The translations under genes were made by a program, and so were the position numbers. A stretch of 64,000 bases of DNA from an uncultured delta proteobacterium (lineage in GTDB: Bacteria; Desulfobacterota; Binatia; HRBIN30; BPIQ01), in assembly GCA_963761335.1 (NCBI GenBank), contig CAVXGR010000018.1, forward strand, positions 416,001-480,000, read 5' to 3'. The notes under the pieces are model-generated. The model was not told the DNA's origin and searched no databases. It worked only from the letters and a program-made list of their open reading frames with translations. Of this stretch, positions 1 to 9,021 are shown piece by piece (the first letter of the stretch is position 1; every line of letters begins with the position of its first letter).

Positions 1-1090
1 GCCGTCCACCGACAGCATCGGGCCACTGGCCACAGATACCGTGGTGCAGATCAGCAACACCTCGGCGGATCTGGTGAAGGTGCGGTGCTACTTGGTGAAT
101 GCCAACTCGCACTGTTCCAATGCCAGCGAGCAGGTGTGCGATCCCCATGCCGACCCGGAAGTGTCCTCGCCTCTGCTCTGCGATGAGGGGGCCTACTGCG
201 TGCAGGGCTGGACGGAGACCGACTTCCAGTTCACGCTCACCCAGTATCAGCCGATCTCCTGGCGCCTGAGCGAGGGGCTGAGCCCGTTTCCGCTCGACGG
301 TGTCCAGCACATCGGTCCGGGAGGCCAGTTCAACCTGCTGAGCAGCATCCCGCGGGCGAGCGAGATTCCCTTCCGGGGTGAGATGAAGTGCTTCGAGGTC
401 GACCAGGGTGACAATCCGATCGCCGCCAACGACCTGAAGGGCGAGGCGACGATCTATACCGCCAGCGGTGGCGGATACGATGTGCGTGCCTACAACGCCG
501 TCGGCCTGCTCTCGAAGGACTTCAACAACGGCGACGATACCCTCTGCCTCGGCGGTTCCGGTACCGACGAGTGCCCGGAGCCGGAGTACAACGGCTGCCC
601 GAACATCCTCATCCTCGACCACTACTTCGAGGGCGCTCCGGATCCCTCCATTCCGGCTCCGACGACCTACGTCACCACCGATCTGACGCTGGTTCCCTGC
701 AGTGAGGACTTCCTCACCCAGTCGATTGCCCGCACGGCGGTACAGTTCCTGGTGTTCAACGAGTTCGAGCAGCGTCTGTCGGTGAGCATGCCGATCAAGT
801 GCTTCGATGAGCGCCGGCTGGCCGACATCGACACTCGCCCCGGAATTGCTGACGACATGTACTCGATCTTCAGCGTCTTCGTTCAGGGAACGCTGACCGG
901 GCAGTCGCGTATCCGCGGCGTGCAGACGGGAGAGACCAACCTCGGGCACGGCTTGGTCGGTGTCGCCGAGGAGTTCCATGGGTTTGTGCCGGGCATCCCC
1001 GACTCCTTTGGAGTCCGCTCCGCGGCCTTCAACCTGCACTACGCCGGCACCCGCGATCAGGGGGATGTCGTCCGCGTGCCTCGCGAGTAG
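1..1090 (+). CDS. Cys-rich hypothetical (probably secreted) protein, 5'-truncated by window edge
   Basis: The frame of ORF 41..1090 is open back to base 2. Composition is protein-like, with many Cys/Asp (DTVVQISN..VKVRCYLVNANSHC; VQFLVFNEFEQRLS). A terminator follows. Confidence 0.75.
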   Translation, partial: PSTDSIGPLATDTVVQISNTSADLVKVRCYLVNANSHCSNASEQVCDPHADPEVSSPLLCDEGAYCVQGWTETDFQFTLTQYQPISWRLSEGLSPFPLDGVQHIGPGGQFNLLSSIPRASEIPFRGEMKCFEVDQGDNPIAANDLKGEATIYTASGGGYDVRAYNAVGLLSKDFNNGDDTLCLGGSGTDECPEPEYNGCPNILILDHYFEGAPDPSIPAPTTYVTTDLTLVPCSEDFLTQSIARTAVQFLVFNEFEQRLSVSMPIKCFDERRLADIDTRPGIADDMYSIFSVFVQGTLTGQSRIRGVQTGETNLGHGLVGVAEEFHGFVPGIPDSFGVRSAAFNLHYAGTRDQGDVVRVPRE

Positions 1091-1113
1091 GCGAGCCGCA
1101 ACCACTTCGCAGT

Positions 1114-1157
1114 GAAACGGGGATCGGGCCGTGCGGCTCGGTCCCCGTTTCCATTTT
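1114..1157 (+). terminator. Intrinsic terminator
   Basis: GAAACGGGGATCGGGCC-gtgc-GGCTCGGTCCCCGTTTC, a 17-bp stem (with G.U pairs) followed by CATTTT. Confidence 0.75.
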
Positions 1158-1169
1158 GGGCGAACTGAT

Positions 1170-1199
1170 TTGACCGGACGTCCGCCCAGCAGGTAAAAG
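1170..1199 (+). promoter_or_regulatory. Putative housekeeping-sigma promoter of the rfbB operon
   Basis: TTGACC-N18-TAAAAG, about 130 nt upstream of rfbB. Confidence 0.45.
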
Positions 1200-1326
1200 A
1201 GTTGCTGCCGCGACGTCGCCGACGATCCGGCGGTTCGAGAAATGTCGACTTGCTCGTGGCATCGCCAGCGGAAAACCAGGCCTTCACACCCGTCCTGCGC
1301 CTTCGTCACTCTCGCGGCCTGCTGAA

Positions 1327-2355
1327 ATGAAGATCCTGGTCACCGGTGGGGCGGGCTTCATCGGCTCGAATCTGCTCCGCCATATCCTCGCCCATCGCCC
1401 CCAGGATTCCGTCGTCAACCTCGACGCCCTGACCTATGCGGGGAACCTGGAGAACCTGCGCGACGTCGAGGGGGAGCGGCGCTACTCATTCGTGCGCGGC
1501 GACATCGCCGATGCGGCGGCGGTGGAGAGCACCGTCGCCGGTGGCATCGAGGTGATCGTCAACTGTGCCGCGGCGACCCATGTGGACCGCAGCATCGACT
1601 CGGCAGATACCTTTGTCCGAACCAATGTCGTGGGCACCGCGACCCTGCTGGAGGCGGCCCGCCGCCACGGCGTGCGGCAGTTCATTCAAGTGTCGACCGA
1701 CGAGGTATACGGCAGTCTCGGCTCGACCGGGGTGTTCACCGAAAGCTCGCCGCTGTGCCCGAGCAGCCCCTATTCGGCGAGCAAGGCGGGAGCCGATCTT
1801 CTGGCGCTTTCCTACGGCACGACCTACGGGCTGGCGGTGATCGTCAGCCGCTGCTCCAACAACTTCGGGCCGTTTCAATTTCCCGAGAAGCTGATTCCCC
1901 TGTTTGCCACCAACGCCATGGACGATCAGCCGCTGCCTCTCTATGGCGACGGGCGCAATGTGCGCGACTGGATTCACGTCGACGACCACTGCGCCGCTCT
2001 CTGTGCGCTGCTCGAGCACGGCGTCCCGGGCGAGGTGTACAACGTCGGCGCCGGCAATGAGTGCAGCAACCTCGAGCTGACGCGCCGCATTCTGGGGGAG
2101 CTCGGCAAGTCGGAGTCCCTGATCCGCCGCGTCAGCGATCGCCCGGGGCACGATCTCCGCTACGCGGTCGACTCGGCCAAGCTGCGGCGGCAGACGGGAT
2201 GGCGACCGCAGCGGGAGTTTTCCGGGGCCCTGCGGCAGACGATCGACTGGTATCGGGAGAATCGCCGCTGGTGGGAACGGATCAAGAGCGGCGCCTATCG
2301 CGACTACTATGAGGCGATGTACGGCGGCCGCTTGCAGACGGCAGCAGGCGTATGA
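1327..2355 (+). CDS. rfbB: dTDP-glucose 4,6-dehydratase
   Basis: GGAGFIG Rossmann motif, LDALTYAGN, THVDRSI, STDEVYG, YSASK, FPEKLIP, DRPGHDLRYA. Confidence 0.95.
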   Translation: MKILVTGGAGFIGSNLLRHILAHRPQDSVVNLDALTYAGNLENLRDVEGERRYSFVRGDIADAAAVESTVAGGIEVIVNCAAATHVDRSIDSADTFVRTNVVGTATLLEAARRHGVRQFIQVSTDEVYGSLGSTGVFTESSPLCPSSPYSASKAGADLLALSYGTTYGLAVIVSRCSNNFGPFQFPEKLIPLFATNAMDDQPLPLYGDGRNVRDWIHVDDHCAALCALLEHGVPGEVYNVGAGNECSNLELTRRILGELGKSESLIRRVSDRPGHDLRYAVDSAKLRRQTGWRPQREFSGALRQTIDWYRENRRWWERIKSGAYRDYYEAMYGGRLQTAAGV

Positions 2356-3284
2356 AGGCGGCCCGATCGACGCCGGCGCCGGCCATGGCGCGGCGGCAGA
2401 CCTCGATGGTGCGCGACGTCATCCAGATCATGCGGCCGACCCAATGGTCGAAGAATGCCGTTCTCTTTGCCGCGCTGATCTTCTCCAAGCACCTTTTCGA
2501 TCCGCACGCGGTGCTCACCGTGCTGACCGGCTTCTTCGCCTTCTGCATGATCGCCAGCGCCGCCTACGTGATGAACGACCTGCGCGACTGCGAGCGCGAT
2601 CGCCAGCATCCGCTCAAGTCACAACGGCCCCTGCCGGCGGGCCGCATCGGCCGTCCGACGGCGATCGGCATCTCGCTGGTGGTGGGGAGCAGCGGCCTGC
2701 TGATCGCCGCTGCTCTCGGCCCGGGCTTCGGGACGCTCGCCGTGCTCTACCTAGCGCTGCAATTCGCCTACACCTTCGTGCTCAAAGAGGTCGTCATTCT
2801 CGACGTGATGTCGATCGCCACCGGGTTCGTTATTCGCGCTGTCGCCGGCGGGGTGGTGATTCAGGTTCCGGTCTCTCCATGGCTGGTCATCTGCACCTTT
2901 CTGCTGGCGCTCTTCCTCGGCTTTGCCAAGCGCCGCCACGAGCTGGTGCTCCTCGAGGCGCGCGCCATGGATCACCGCCGCGCCCTGCGGGAGTACAGCC
3001 CGTACTTCCTCGATCAGATGATGTCGGTGGTGAGCGCCTCGACGGTGGTTGCCTATGCGATCTATACGGTCTCTCCCGAGGTGCGCGAGAAGCTCGGCAC
3101 GGAGCAGCTCTACCTGACGATTCCCTTCGTTCTCTTCGGAATCTTTCGCTACCTGTACCTGGTGCACCAGAAGGAGGAGGGCGGCAACCCGACACAGCTG
3201 CTGCTGCGCGACGGGCCACTCCTGGTCGACGTGCTGCTCTGGGTCGCCACTGTCGCGCTGCTGCTGTACTGGGGGCAGGCGTAA
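2352..3284 (+). CDS. UbiA-family decaprenyl-phosphate phosphoribosyltransferase-like membrane protein
   Basis: RPTQWSKN, YVMNDLRDCERDRQHPLK..RPL, FAKRRHEL, FGIFRYL; multiple TM helices; ATGA overlap with rfbB. Confidence 0.85.
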   Translation: MKAARSTPAPAMARRQTSMVRDVIQIMRPTQWSKNAVLFAALIFSKHLFDPHAVLTVLTGFFAFCMIASAAYVMNDLRDCERDRQHPLKSQRPLPAGRIGRPTAIGISLVVGSSGLLIAAALGPGFGTLAVLYLALQFAYTFVLKEVVILDVMSIATGFVIRAVAGGVVIQVPVSPWLVICTFLLALFLGFAKRRHELVLLEARAMDHRRALREYSPYFLDQMMSVVSASTVVAYAIYTVSPEVREKLGTEQLYLTIPFVLFGIFRYLYLVHQKEEGGNPTQLLLRDGPLLVDVLLWVATVALLLYWGQA

Positions 3285-3287
3285 CCG

Positions 3288-3665
3288 ATGAAGGCGGAGA
3301 TCTTCCGGGGGCGGCGGGTCTCGAAGCCGTGGGGCTACGAGCTCATCTGGGCAGAGGCGGAGACGTATGTCGGCAAGCTGCTCCACATCGAGCGCGGCGA
3401 GTCTCTCAGCCTGCAGTTCCATGAGCGCAAGGACGAGACGGTGCACCTGCTGTCCGGGGTCCTCGATCTGGAGATCGGCGATGCCGGCGAGCCACTCACC
3501 CATCTGCGGATGTCTCCCGGCGACAGCTTCCGCATCCGACCCCGCCTGCGTCACCGCATGACCGCCGTGGAGACCTGCGACGTCATGGAGGCGTCGACCG
3601 GGGAGATCGATGATCTGGTGCGTCTCGATGACCGCTACGGCCGTGCCGGCTCTCGCCGGCCCTGA
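3288..3665 (+). CDS. Cupin-domain protein (type II mannose-6-phosphate isomerase C-terminal-like)
   Basis: KPWGYELIW, SLSLQFHERKDET, HRM, DDLVRLDDRYGR. Confidence 0.8.
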   Translation: MKAEIFRGRRVSKPWGYELIWAEAETYVGKLLHIERGESLSLQFHERKDETVHLLSGVLDLEIGDAGEPLTHLRMSPGDSFRIRPRLRHRMTAVETCDVMEASTGEIDDLVRLDDRYGRAGSRRP

Positions 3666-3686
3666 GCGTATTGGCGCAGCCGCGCC

Positions 3687-4643
3687 GTGCCCGCCGTGCG
3701 CTTTCTGATCACCGGGATGGCCGGCTTCGCGGGCCGCCACCTGCGAAGTCTCCTTCTGCAGAACGGCGATATCGTCTTCGGCTTGGTGCGGCGCCTGCCC
3801 CCTGACCTGGCCGGCTGGGGCATTGCTGCGGAGAGCCTCGCCATCGCTGACATGCTCGACCCCGTCGCCGTGCGCGACGCCGTTCGCGCCTCCAGGCCGG
3901 ACGGCGTCTTCCATCTGGCGGCGCAGAGCTCGGTCGGCGGTGGCGAGGAAGAGGCGAGTGCCACCGTTGCGGTGAACACGCTGGGCACGCTCCACCTGCT
4001 GGAGGCGGTGCGGCGCGAAGCACCGGGATGCCGTCTGCTGGTGGTCTCTTCCGGGGAGAGCTACGGAGCCTCCGCCTCGGCGGCGCCGGTCGCCGAAGAA
4101 GCGCCGCTTCGGCCGCGCAGCATCTACGGAGCCAGCAAGGCCTGCGCGGAGATTCTCGTGCAGCAGGCCGTCGATGCGGGCGGCGTCGACGTGGTGCGCG
4201 CCCGTCCGTTCAACCACACCGGACCGGGGCAATCTGCCCGCTTCGTCTGTGCCGATTTCGCCCGCCAGGTCGCCGCCATCGAGCGCGGCGAAGCGACGGG
4301 TATTCGCGTCGGCAATCTCGAGGCGGTTCGCGACTTTCTCGACGTCCGCGACGTGGTGCGCGCCTATGCTCAGCTGTGGCAGCAGGGCGAACCCGGAGGC
4401 GTGTACAACATCTGCTCCGGCGTCGGCCGTCGCATCGGCGATGTCCTCGAGGATCTGCGGCACCGGGCCCGGGCCCCGGTCGCCGTCGAGGTGGAGGCGC
4501 AGCGTGTCCGCCCGCTCGAGCAAGCGGTGCTGGTCGGCGACAGCTCCCGCTTGCGGGCACTCGGTTGGGCCGCGGAATACTCCTGGGAGCAGACATTGGA
4601 CGACGTCCTCGCCGATTGGCGCGCCCGACCCGACGCTCCTTGA
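3687..4643 (+). CDS. NAD-dependent epimerase/dehydratase, GDP-4-keto-6-deoxy-D-mannose reductase (Rmd)-like
   Basis: ITGMAGFAG, HLAAQSSV, YGASK, RPFNHTGPGQ, VGNLEAVRDFLDVRDVV. Confidence 0.8.
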   Translation: MPAVRFLITGMAGFAGRHLRSLLLQNGDIVFGLVRRLPPDLAGWGIAAESLAIADMLDPVAVRDAVRASRPDGVFHLAAQSSVGGGEEEASATVAVNTLGTLHLLEAVRREAPGCRLLVVSSGESYGASASAAPVAEEAPLRPRSIYGASKACAEILVQQAVDAGGVDVVRARPFNHTGPGQSARFVCADFARQVAAIERGEATGIRVGNLEAVRDFLDVRDVVRAYAQLWQQGEPGGVYNICSGVGRRIGDVLEDLRHRARAPVAVEVEAQRVRPLEQAVLVGDSSRLRALGWAAEYSWEQTLDDVLADWRARPDAP

Positions 4644-4651
4644 CCTTAGGC

Positions 4652-4681
4652 TTGACACCGCAGATTCGGCGAGTCTAAAAG
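4652..4681 (+). promoter_or_regulatory. Putative housekeeping-sigma promoter
   Basis: TTGACA-N18-TAAAAG upstream of the DUF1302 gene. Confidence 0.5.
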
Positions 4682-4829
4682 CGCGGCAGTTTGATTTTCC
4701 CCGCGCGATTCGCGATGTGCGGCGGAAGAAAAGGGGCAACGGGCGGATCGGCGCCATTTCGCGACGCACCGCCAGAGCGTGCTCGAGCGTGGGTCGAGGC
4801 GGGGTCCAGGCATCGGGCAGGAGGGGGAG

Positions 4830-6803
4830 ATGGCTCAACGGCAGCCCGGTCGAGTCGCAAGGTGGCTGATTGCGGGCCTCGGGATCGTGCTCGCAGCGGC
4901 GAGCACGGCGAGCGCCTTATTCCTGGATCCGGAACAGAACGTCAGCTTGCGCGCCCGGGTCTACACCCAGGGAAGCGTGCGTCTCGAAAACACCATCATC
5001 GGCGTCCCCCAGGGAAGCCCGGTGGATACGCAGCCGCTGACCAAGGCCGGCCAGCTGGTCCAGCACCGCACCTTTTACAACCCCGAAATGGACGCCAAGC
5101 TGGCGCCTTACCTCTCCTGGATGCGGGGCACGGTGCTGCATTTCCTGACCCCGGACGACTTCACCTTCCGTATGGCGCTTTGGGGCTTCTACGACGGAAT
5201 CTACGATTACGGGCCGAGTCAGTTCGGCGATCGCAACGAGCAGATCAACGCCAACTTCGGCAGCTTCAACTCCGGCACCTGCTCGGGGCCGATGACCGCC
5301 CCCGACAGGGGTAAACCGTGCCGATCGAGCGCCGATTGCTCCGCCGGCGCCTGTGTACCGTCGGGAGCCTGGTTCTTGAAAGGAACGAAGCTTCGGACGC
5401 CGCCGGGGTGCCCCGCAAATCCGAACGCCTGCTTCATCGACTCCCTCGAGCAGCTCCTCCCGGACTACAAGGTGAGGGATCCCTACGACGTCTACGCGCT
5501 GCAGAGCCGCGTCAACGAGCTCTACCTCAGCTACAGCAAGGGGCCTTTCTTTCTGCGCGTCGGCCGCCAGGCGATCTCCTGGGGCGAATCCGATACCATT
5601 GCGCTTCTCGACCAGAACAACCCCTTCGACCTGACCCTCGGCGTCCCGGGGGTCTTTGAAGATCTCGACGAGTCGCGCATTCCGCTGTGGACGGTGCGTA
5701 CCAGCTATGACCTGTTCACTACGCTCGGCCCGCTGTCGAGCGGGTTCGTCGAAGGATACTGGGTGCCGGGCAACATCGACACCAACACCGGCGAGCTGCC
5801 CATGCTCTCGGCCAGCCCGTACTCGCCGCGCGGCAAGGATCCCCAGTTCAGCAGCGGCTTTCCAAACGAGACGCATCAGTTCATTCTCTTCGATCACCAG
5901 CCCGAGGAGAAGATCGAGAACAGCCGCTGGGGCGTTCGCGTGCAGACGGTCCTCAACCGCGCCTACACGTTGCAGGCCTGGGTCTACACGGCGTTCCCTT
6001 CCAATCCGGTGCCGCGGCACGTCGCCCCCGTGGTCGTCAAGCCCGGCTCGTCCGGCGCGCGTCTCTCGCCGCCCGCGGCGCAGTGCAATGCCTTTTCTCG
6101 CCAGGGCTGCAGCCCATTGTTCGTGGTCGAGACCGTGCATGATCTGACGACTGTCTACGGCGCCGCGACCACCTTCTTCGTCGAGCCGCTGGACGGCATC
6201 CTGCGCATCGAGGGGGAGTACTTCGAGCACGAGCCGGGCTTCATCCCGCAGTACAACCTCAACGTCAAAACGGACGCCGACCGGGCGGCCGGCATCGGCA
6301 TCCCCGGCGCCGGGCCGGTCACCGACCCCGGCATCGTACCCAAGGCCGACATCCTGCGCTGGGAGGTCGGCTTCGATCGTTTCTTCTTCTTCCGCCCGCT
6401 CAATCCCACGAACAGCTTCACCTTGGTCATGGCGCAGGTGGGGCAGTGGAACCTGTCGGAGACCTCACGGCGCGACTTCCGAGCGGGAGGCATCCGGCGC
6501 ATCGGCAAGGACGTCCCGGGAGTCGACCCCGTGCCGGACGACTTCGTCGACCAGTACCCGGTCGAGGCGTTCTTCGAGGTCACCATGCTGACCGACTACA
6601 TGCACGGCCGTCTGTCGCCGCAGGTGACCTGGCTTCAGGACGTGCGCGGCACGTACGTGTTCCATCCGCAGGTAACCTATCGGTGGACGGACTCGCTGCT
6701 CTTGCGCCTCGACTATGCGGCTATCGGCGGCGCCTACTACGGCCCCGGGTTCTTCAACGATCGCGATCAGCTGTCGCTGCGCGTCACCTATCAGCTGAAC
6801 TGA
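4830..6803 (+). CDS. DUF1302-family outer-membrane beta-barrel protein with Cys-rich insertions
   Basis: ATG at 4830 after GGAGGGGG; signal peptide; ELYLSYS..LRVGRQAISWGE.D....LD..NPFD; C-terminal DRDQLSLRVTYQLN beta-strand. Confidence 0.7.
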   Translation: MAQRQPGRVARWLIAGLGIVLAAASTASALFLDPEQNVSLRARVYTQGSVRLENTIIGVPQGSPVDTQPLTKAGQLVQHRTFYNPEMDAKLAPYLSWMRGTVLHFLTPDDFTFRMALWGFYDGIYDYGPSQFGDRNEQINANFGSFNSGTCSGPMTAPDRGKPCRSSADCSAGACVPSGAWFLKGTKLRTPPGCPANPNACFIDSLEQLLPDYKVRDPYDVYALQSRVNELYLSYSKGPFFLRVGRQAISWGESDTIALLDQNNPFDLTLGVPGVFEDLDESRIPLWTVRTSYDLFTTLGPLSSGFVEGYWVPGNIDTNTGELPMLSASPYSPRGKDPQFSSGFPNETHQFILFDHQPEEKIENSRWGVRVQTVLNRAYTLQAWVYTAFPSNPVPRHVAPVVVKPGSSGARLSPPAAQCNAFSRQGCSPLFVVETVHDLTTVYGAATTFFVEPLDGILRIEGEYFEHEPGFIPQYNLNVKTDADRAAGIGIPGAGPVTDPGIVPKADILRWEVGFDRFFFFRPLNPTNSFTLVMAQVGQWNLSETSRRDFRAGGIRRIGKDVPGVDPVPDDFVDQYPVEAFFEVTMLTDYMHGRLSPQVTWLQDVRGTYVFHPQVTYRWTDSLLLRLDYAAIGGAYYGPGFFNDRDQLSLRVTYQLN

Positions 6804-6829
6804 CGCGGTGCCGGAGGGCGAGGTGCCGG

Positions 6830-6899
6830 GCGCCGGGTTCTTCGGTCCCGGCGCTGTCCGTCTGGGCGATCGAGGCGAGGCTCGGCAGGAGCCTCGCCT
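6830..6899. terminator. Double hairpin between convergent genes (bidirectional terminator)
   Basis: GCGCCGGG..CCCGGCGC (6830-6854) and AGGCGAGGCTC-ggcag-GAGCCTCGCCT (6873-6899). Confidence 0.55.
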
Positions 6900-6904
6900 G
6901 ATCA

Positions 6905-7882
6905 CTAGGGCTGAGATCCCAGCACTAGGGCATTGGCCGTGTCGCCAATGATGGTGTCCAAGCCGGAGATCGGCCCGATGATCAACCCGGCACTGTTGGG
7001 GTCGGTCCAGCTGCCGCAGGAGAAGTTCTCCCCCATCGCTGAAATCATGATCGAATCGCCGCCCTGCTTGGGGTTGGTGACCACGTTGGTGCCGGTGGTC
7101 GTCGTGAATGCCAGCGGGCCGTCGACGACCGTGAGGACGCCCGGGATGTCGTGGGGGTGCTCGTAGTCCAGGCCGGCGCAATCAGCTGTCGAGCTGCCAA
7201 AGGGCAGGCGGACGAACACGCCGCGCTCGAAGGTCAGTGTCGCTGCCCCCGGGCCGGCCGCGGCCGGATCGCCGAGGCCCGTCTCGATCTCCACCGGACT
7301 CTCCGGGCCGCTGCCATTGCTGTCCTGGGTGAGACGCACGTCGTGTGCGGTGCCGCCGTCGCAGTCGACTGAGCCGGAGCTACCGGCGGCAAAGAGCTTG
7401 GCGCATGCCGTGGTTCCGTCGATGGCTCCGAAGCCGAAAATGCCGTCCTCGGTGAGTGCTAGGTTTGCCGAGCAGGTCTCCTCCGGCAGCAGATCGGGAT
7501 CCGGGCGCGCCGCGTGAATCATGAGCGGGCCGCCGACCCAGGTTGTGCTGACGTCGCCGCCGAGGCCGGTGCTCTGGAAAGAGCTCGGCGGCTTGGTGAT
7601 GGCAAAGTCGCGGTCCCCCAGCTCCTCGCCGTCGGCGAGGCAGACGCAGCAGATGCAGGACTGTCCGGCGGCGCAGGTGTTTTCCGCCGCCGCCGGGTCG
7701 CACTGCTCGCCGACCACGGTATCGACGATGCCGTTGCCGCACAGCTTCGGCACGGGTGTCGGAGCAGGGATCGGCGTAAAGGCGATGTTGACGATGTGGT
7801 CGTTGGAGCCCCCGCAGCTGGCGATCCACAGGCACAGCCCGGCAATTGTGAGAACGACACCCGTCAGCTTACCCAGCTTCAT
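6905..7882 (-). CDS. Cys-rich lipoprotein of unknown function
   Basis: Start MKLGKL.. at 7882; lipobox IASC; Pro/Thr linker; CGNGIVD...GEQCD motif resembling myxobacterial Cys-rich repeats. Confidence 0.75.
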   Translation of the reverse strand: MKLGKLTGVVLTIAGLCLWIASCGGSNDHIVNIAFTPIPAPTPVPKLCGNGIVDTVVGEQCDPAAAENTCAAGQSCICCVCLADGEELGDRDFAITKPPSSFQSTGLGGDVSTTWVGGPLMIHAARPDPDLLPEETCSANLALTEDGIFGFGAIDGTTACAKLFAAGSSGSVDCDGGTAHDVRLTQDSNGSGPESPVEIETGLGDPAAAGPGAATLTFERGVFVRLPFGSSTADCAGLDYEHPHDIPGVLTVVDGPLAFTTTTGTNVVTNPKQGGDSIMISAMGENFSCGSWTDPNSAGLIIGPISGLDTIIGDTANALVLGSQP

Positions 7883-7958
7883 ACGGACCCCCTTTGGCAG
7901 TGCCTCCCCGTCTCGCTGCCGCCACACCCAACGGCGACCGGCGACGGCCCGACGACTG

Positions 7959-7988
7959 GCAGTAGCGGAGTTCAAAAGCAGTTGTCAA
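7959..7988 (-). promoter_or_regulatory. Putative housekeeping-sigma promoter
   Basis: Minus strand TTGACA-N18-TACTGC upstream of the lipoprotein. Confidence 0.45.
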
Positions 7989-8120
7989 GGCAATCTCCCT
8001 CTCGGCGGACCTGGCGACTCCGATCTAGGCACGACCTTGACTTCTGCGCTCTCTTTGCGGCAATCAGCTTCTGGTTCAACCGTTTGATTGAGGCGCCGGG
8101 TCGGAGCAGAAAGGAGCGGT

Positions 8121-8939
8121 ATGCCACCGATCTTGTACGAGAAACGCGGGCGCATCGCCGTCATCACCATCAATCGTCCAGAGCGGCGCAATGCCCTGAA
8201 CTTCGAGGCGTTCGGACTCCTCGCCAAGACCTGGCTGGATTTCCGCGACGATCCCTCTCTGTGGGTGGCGATCATCACCGGCGCCGGCGACAAGGCGTTC
8301 TGTGCCGGCGGCGACCTGAAGGAGTTCATCCCGATGGTGACCCAGAACATCGGCGAGCTCTCCTCGTCGCGCGGCGAGCAGACGCTCGGGCAGGAGTTCC
8401 CCGTGAACGCCTCTCTGGTGGCGGTGCTGCGGGAGGTCGAGCTCTACAAGCCGATCATCGCCGCCGTCAACGGCTACTGCATCGCCGGCGGCATGGAGAT
8501 GTTGCAGGGGACCGACATCCGCATCGCCTCGGAGAACGCCGCCTTTGCGATCGGCGAGCCGCGCCGCGGCCTCTTCCCCGGCGGCGGATCGACCACCAAG
8601 CTGCCGCGCCAGATCGCCTTCCCGCACGCCATGGAGATCCTGCTGACCGCCGAGCCGATCAGCGCCCGCAAGGCGTACGACTACGGCATCGTCAACGAGG
8701 TGGTGCCGCTGCCGGAGCTGATGCCGACGGCCCTCCGCTACGCCGAGCTGATCTGCAAGAACGGGCCGGTGGCGGTGCGCAAGGTGAAGGAATCGGTGCT
8801 CAAGGGACTGGCGATGCCGTACAAGGAGGCGCTCGATCAGGAGATGGTGTACTCGGCCGAGGTGTTCTCGACCGAGGACGCCATGGAGGGAATTCACGCC
8901 TTCCAGGAGAAGCGCCCTCCGCAGTGGAAGGGGCGCTAG
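8121..8939 (+). CDS. Enoyl-CoA hydratase/isomerase (crotonase) family protein
   Basis: ATG at 8121 after AAGGAG; ITINRPERRNAL, AFCAGGDL, KPIIAAVNG..IAGGME, EGIHAFQEKRPP.WKGR. Confidence 0.9.
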   Translation: MPPILYEKRGRIAVITINRPERRNALNFEAFGLLAKTWLDFRDDPSLWVAIITGAGDKAFCAGGDLKEFIPMVTQNIGELSSSRGEQTLGQEFPVNASLVAVLREVELYKPIIAAVNGYCIAGGMEMLQGTDIRIASENAAFAIGEPRRGLFPGGGSTTKLPRQIAFPHAMEILLTAEPISARKAYDYGIVNEVVPLPELMPTALRYAELICKNGPVAVRKVKESVLKGLAMPYKEALDQEMVYSAEVFSTEDAMEGIHAFQEKRPPQWKGR

Positions 8940-9021
8940 CAAAGAGCTGGCGCAAAAGGCCCGCACGCAGTAGTCGCCTGTTCTTCAACGGGCTAGGGGT
9001 CCGACGCAAGGGAGACCGAGA

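Noticed and set aside
2751..4838. 695-aa minus-strand ORF, and similar long antisense ORFs (48417-50291, 46891-48552, 40629-42479, 54182-55714, 57763-59283)
   Set aside because: Antisense shadows of well-supported genes, caused by GC-rich codon bias; no recognisable motifs.
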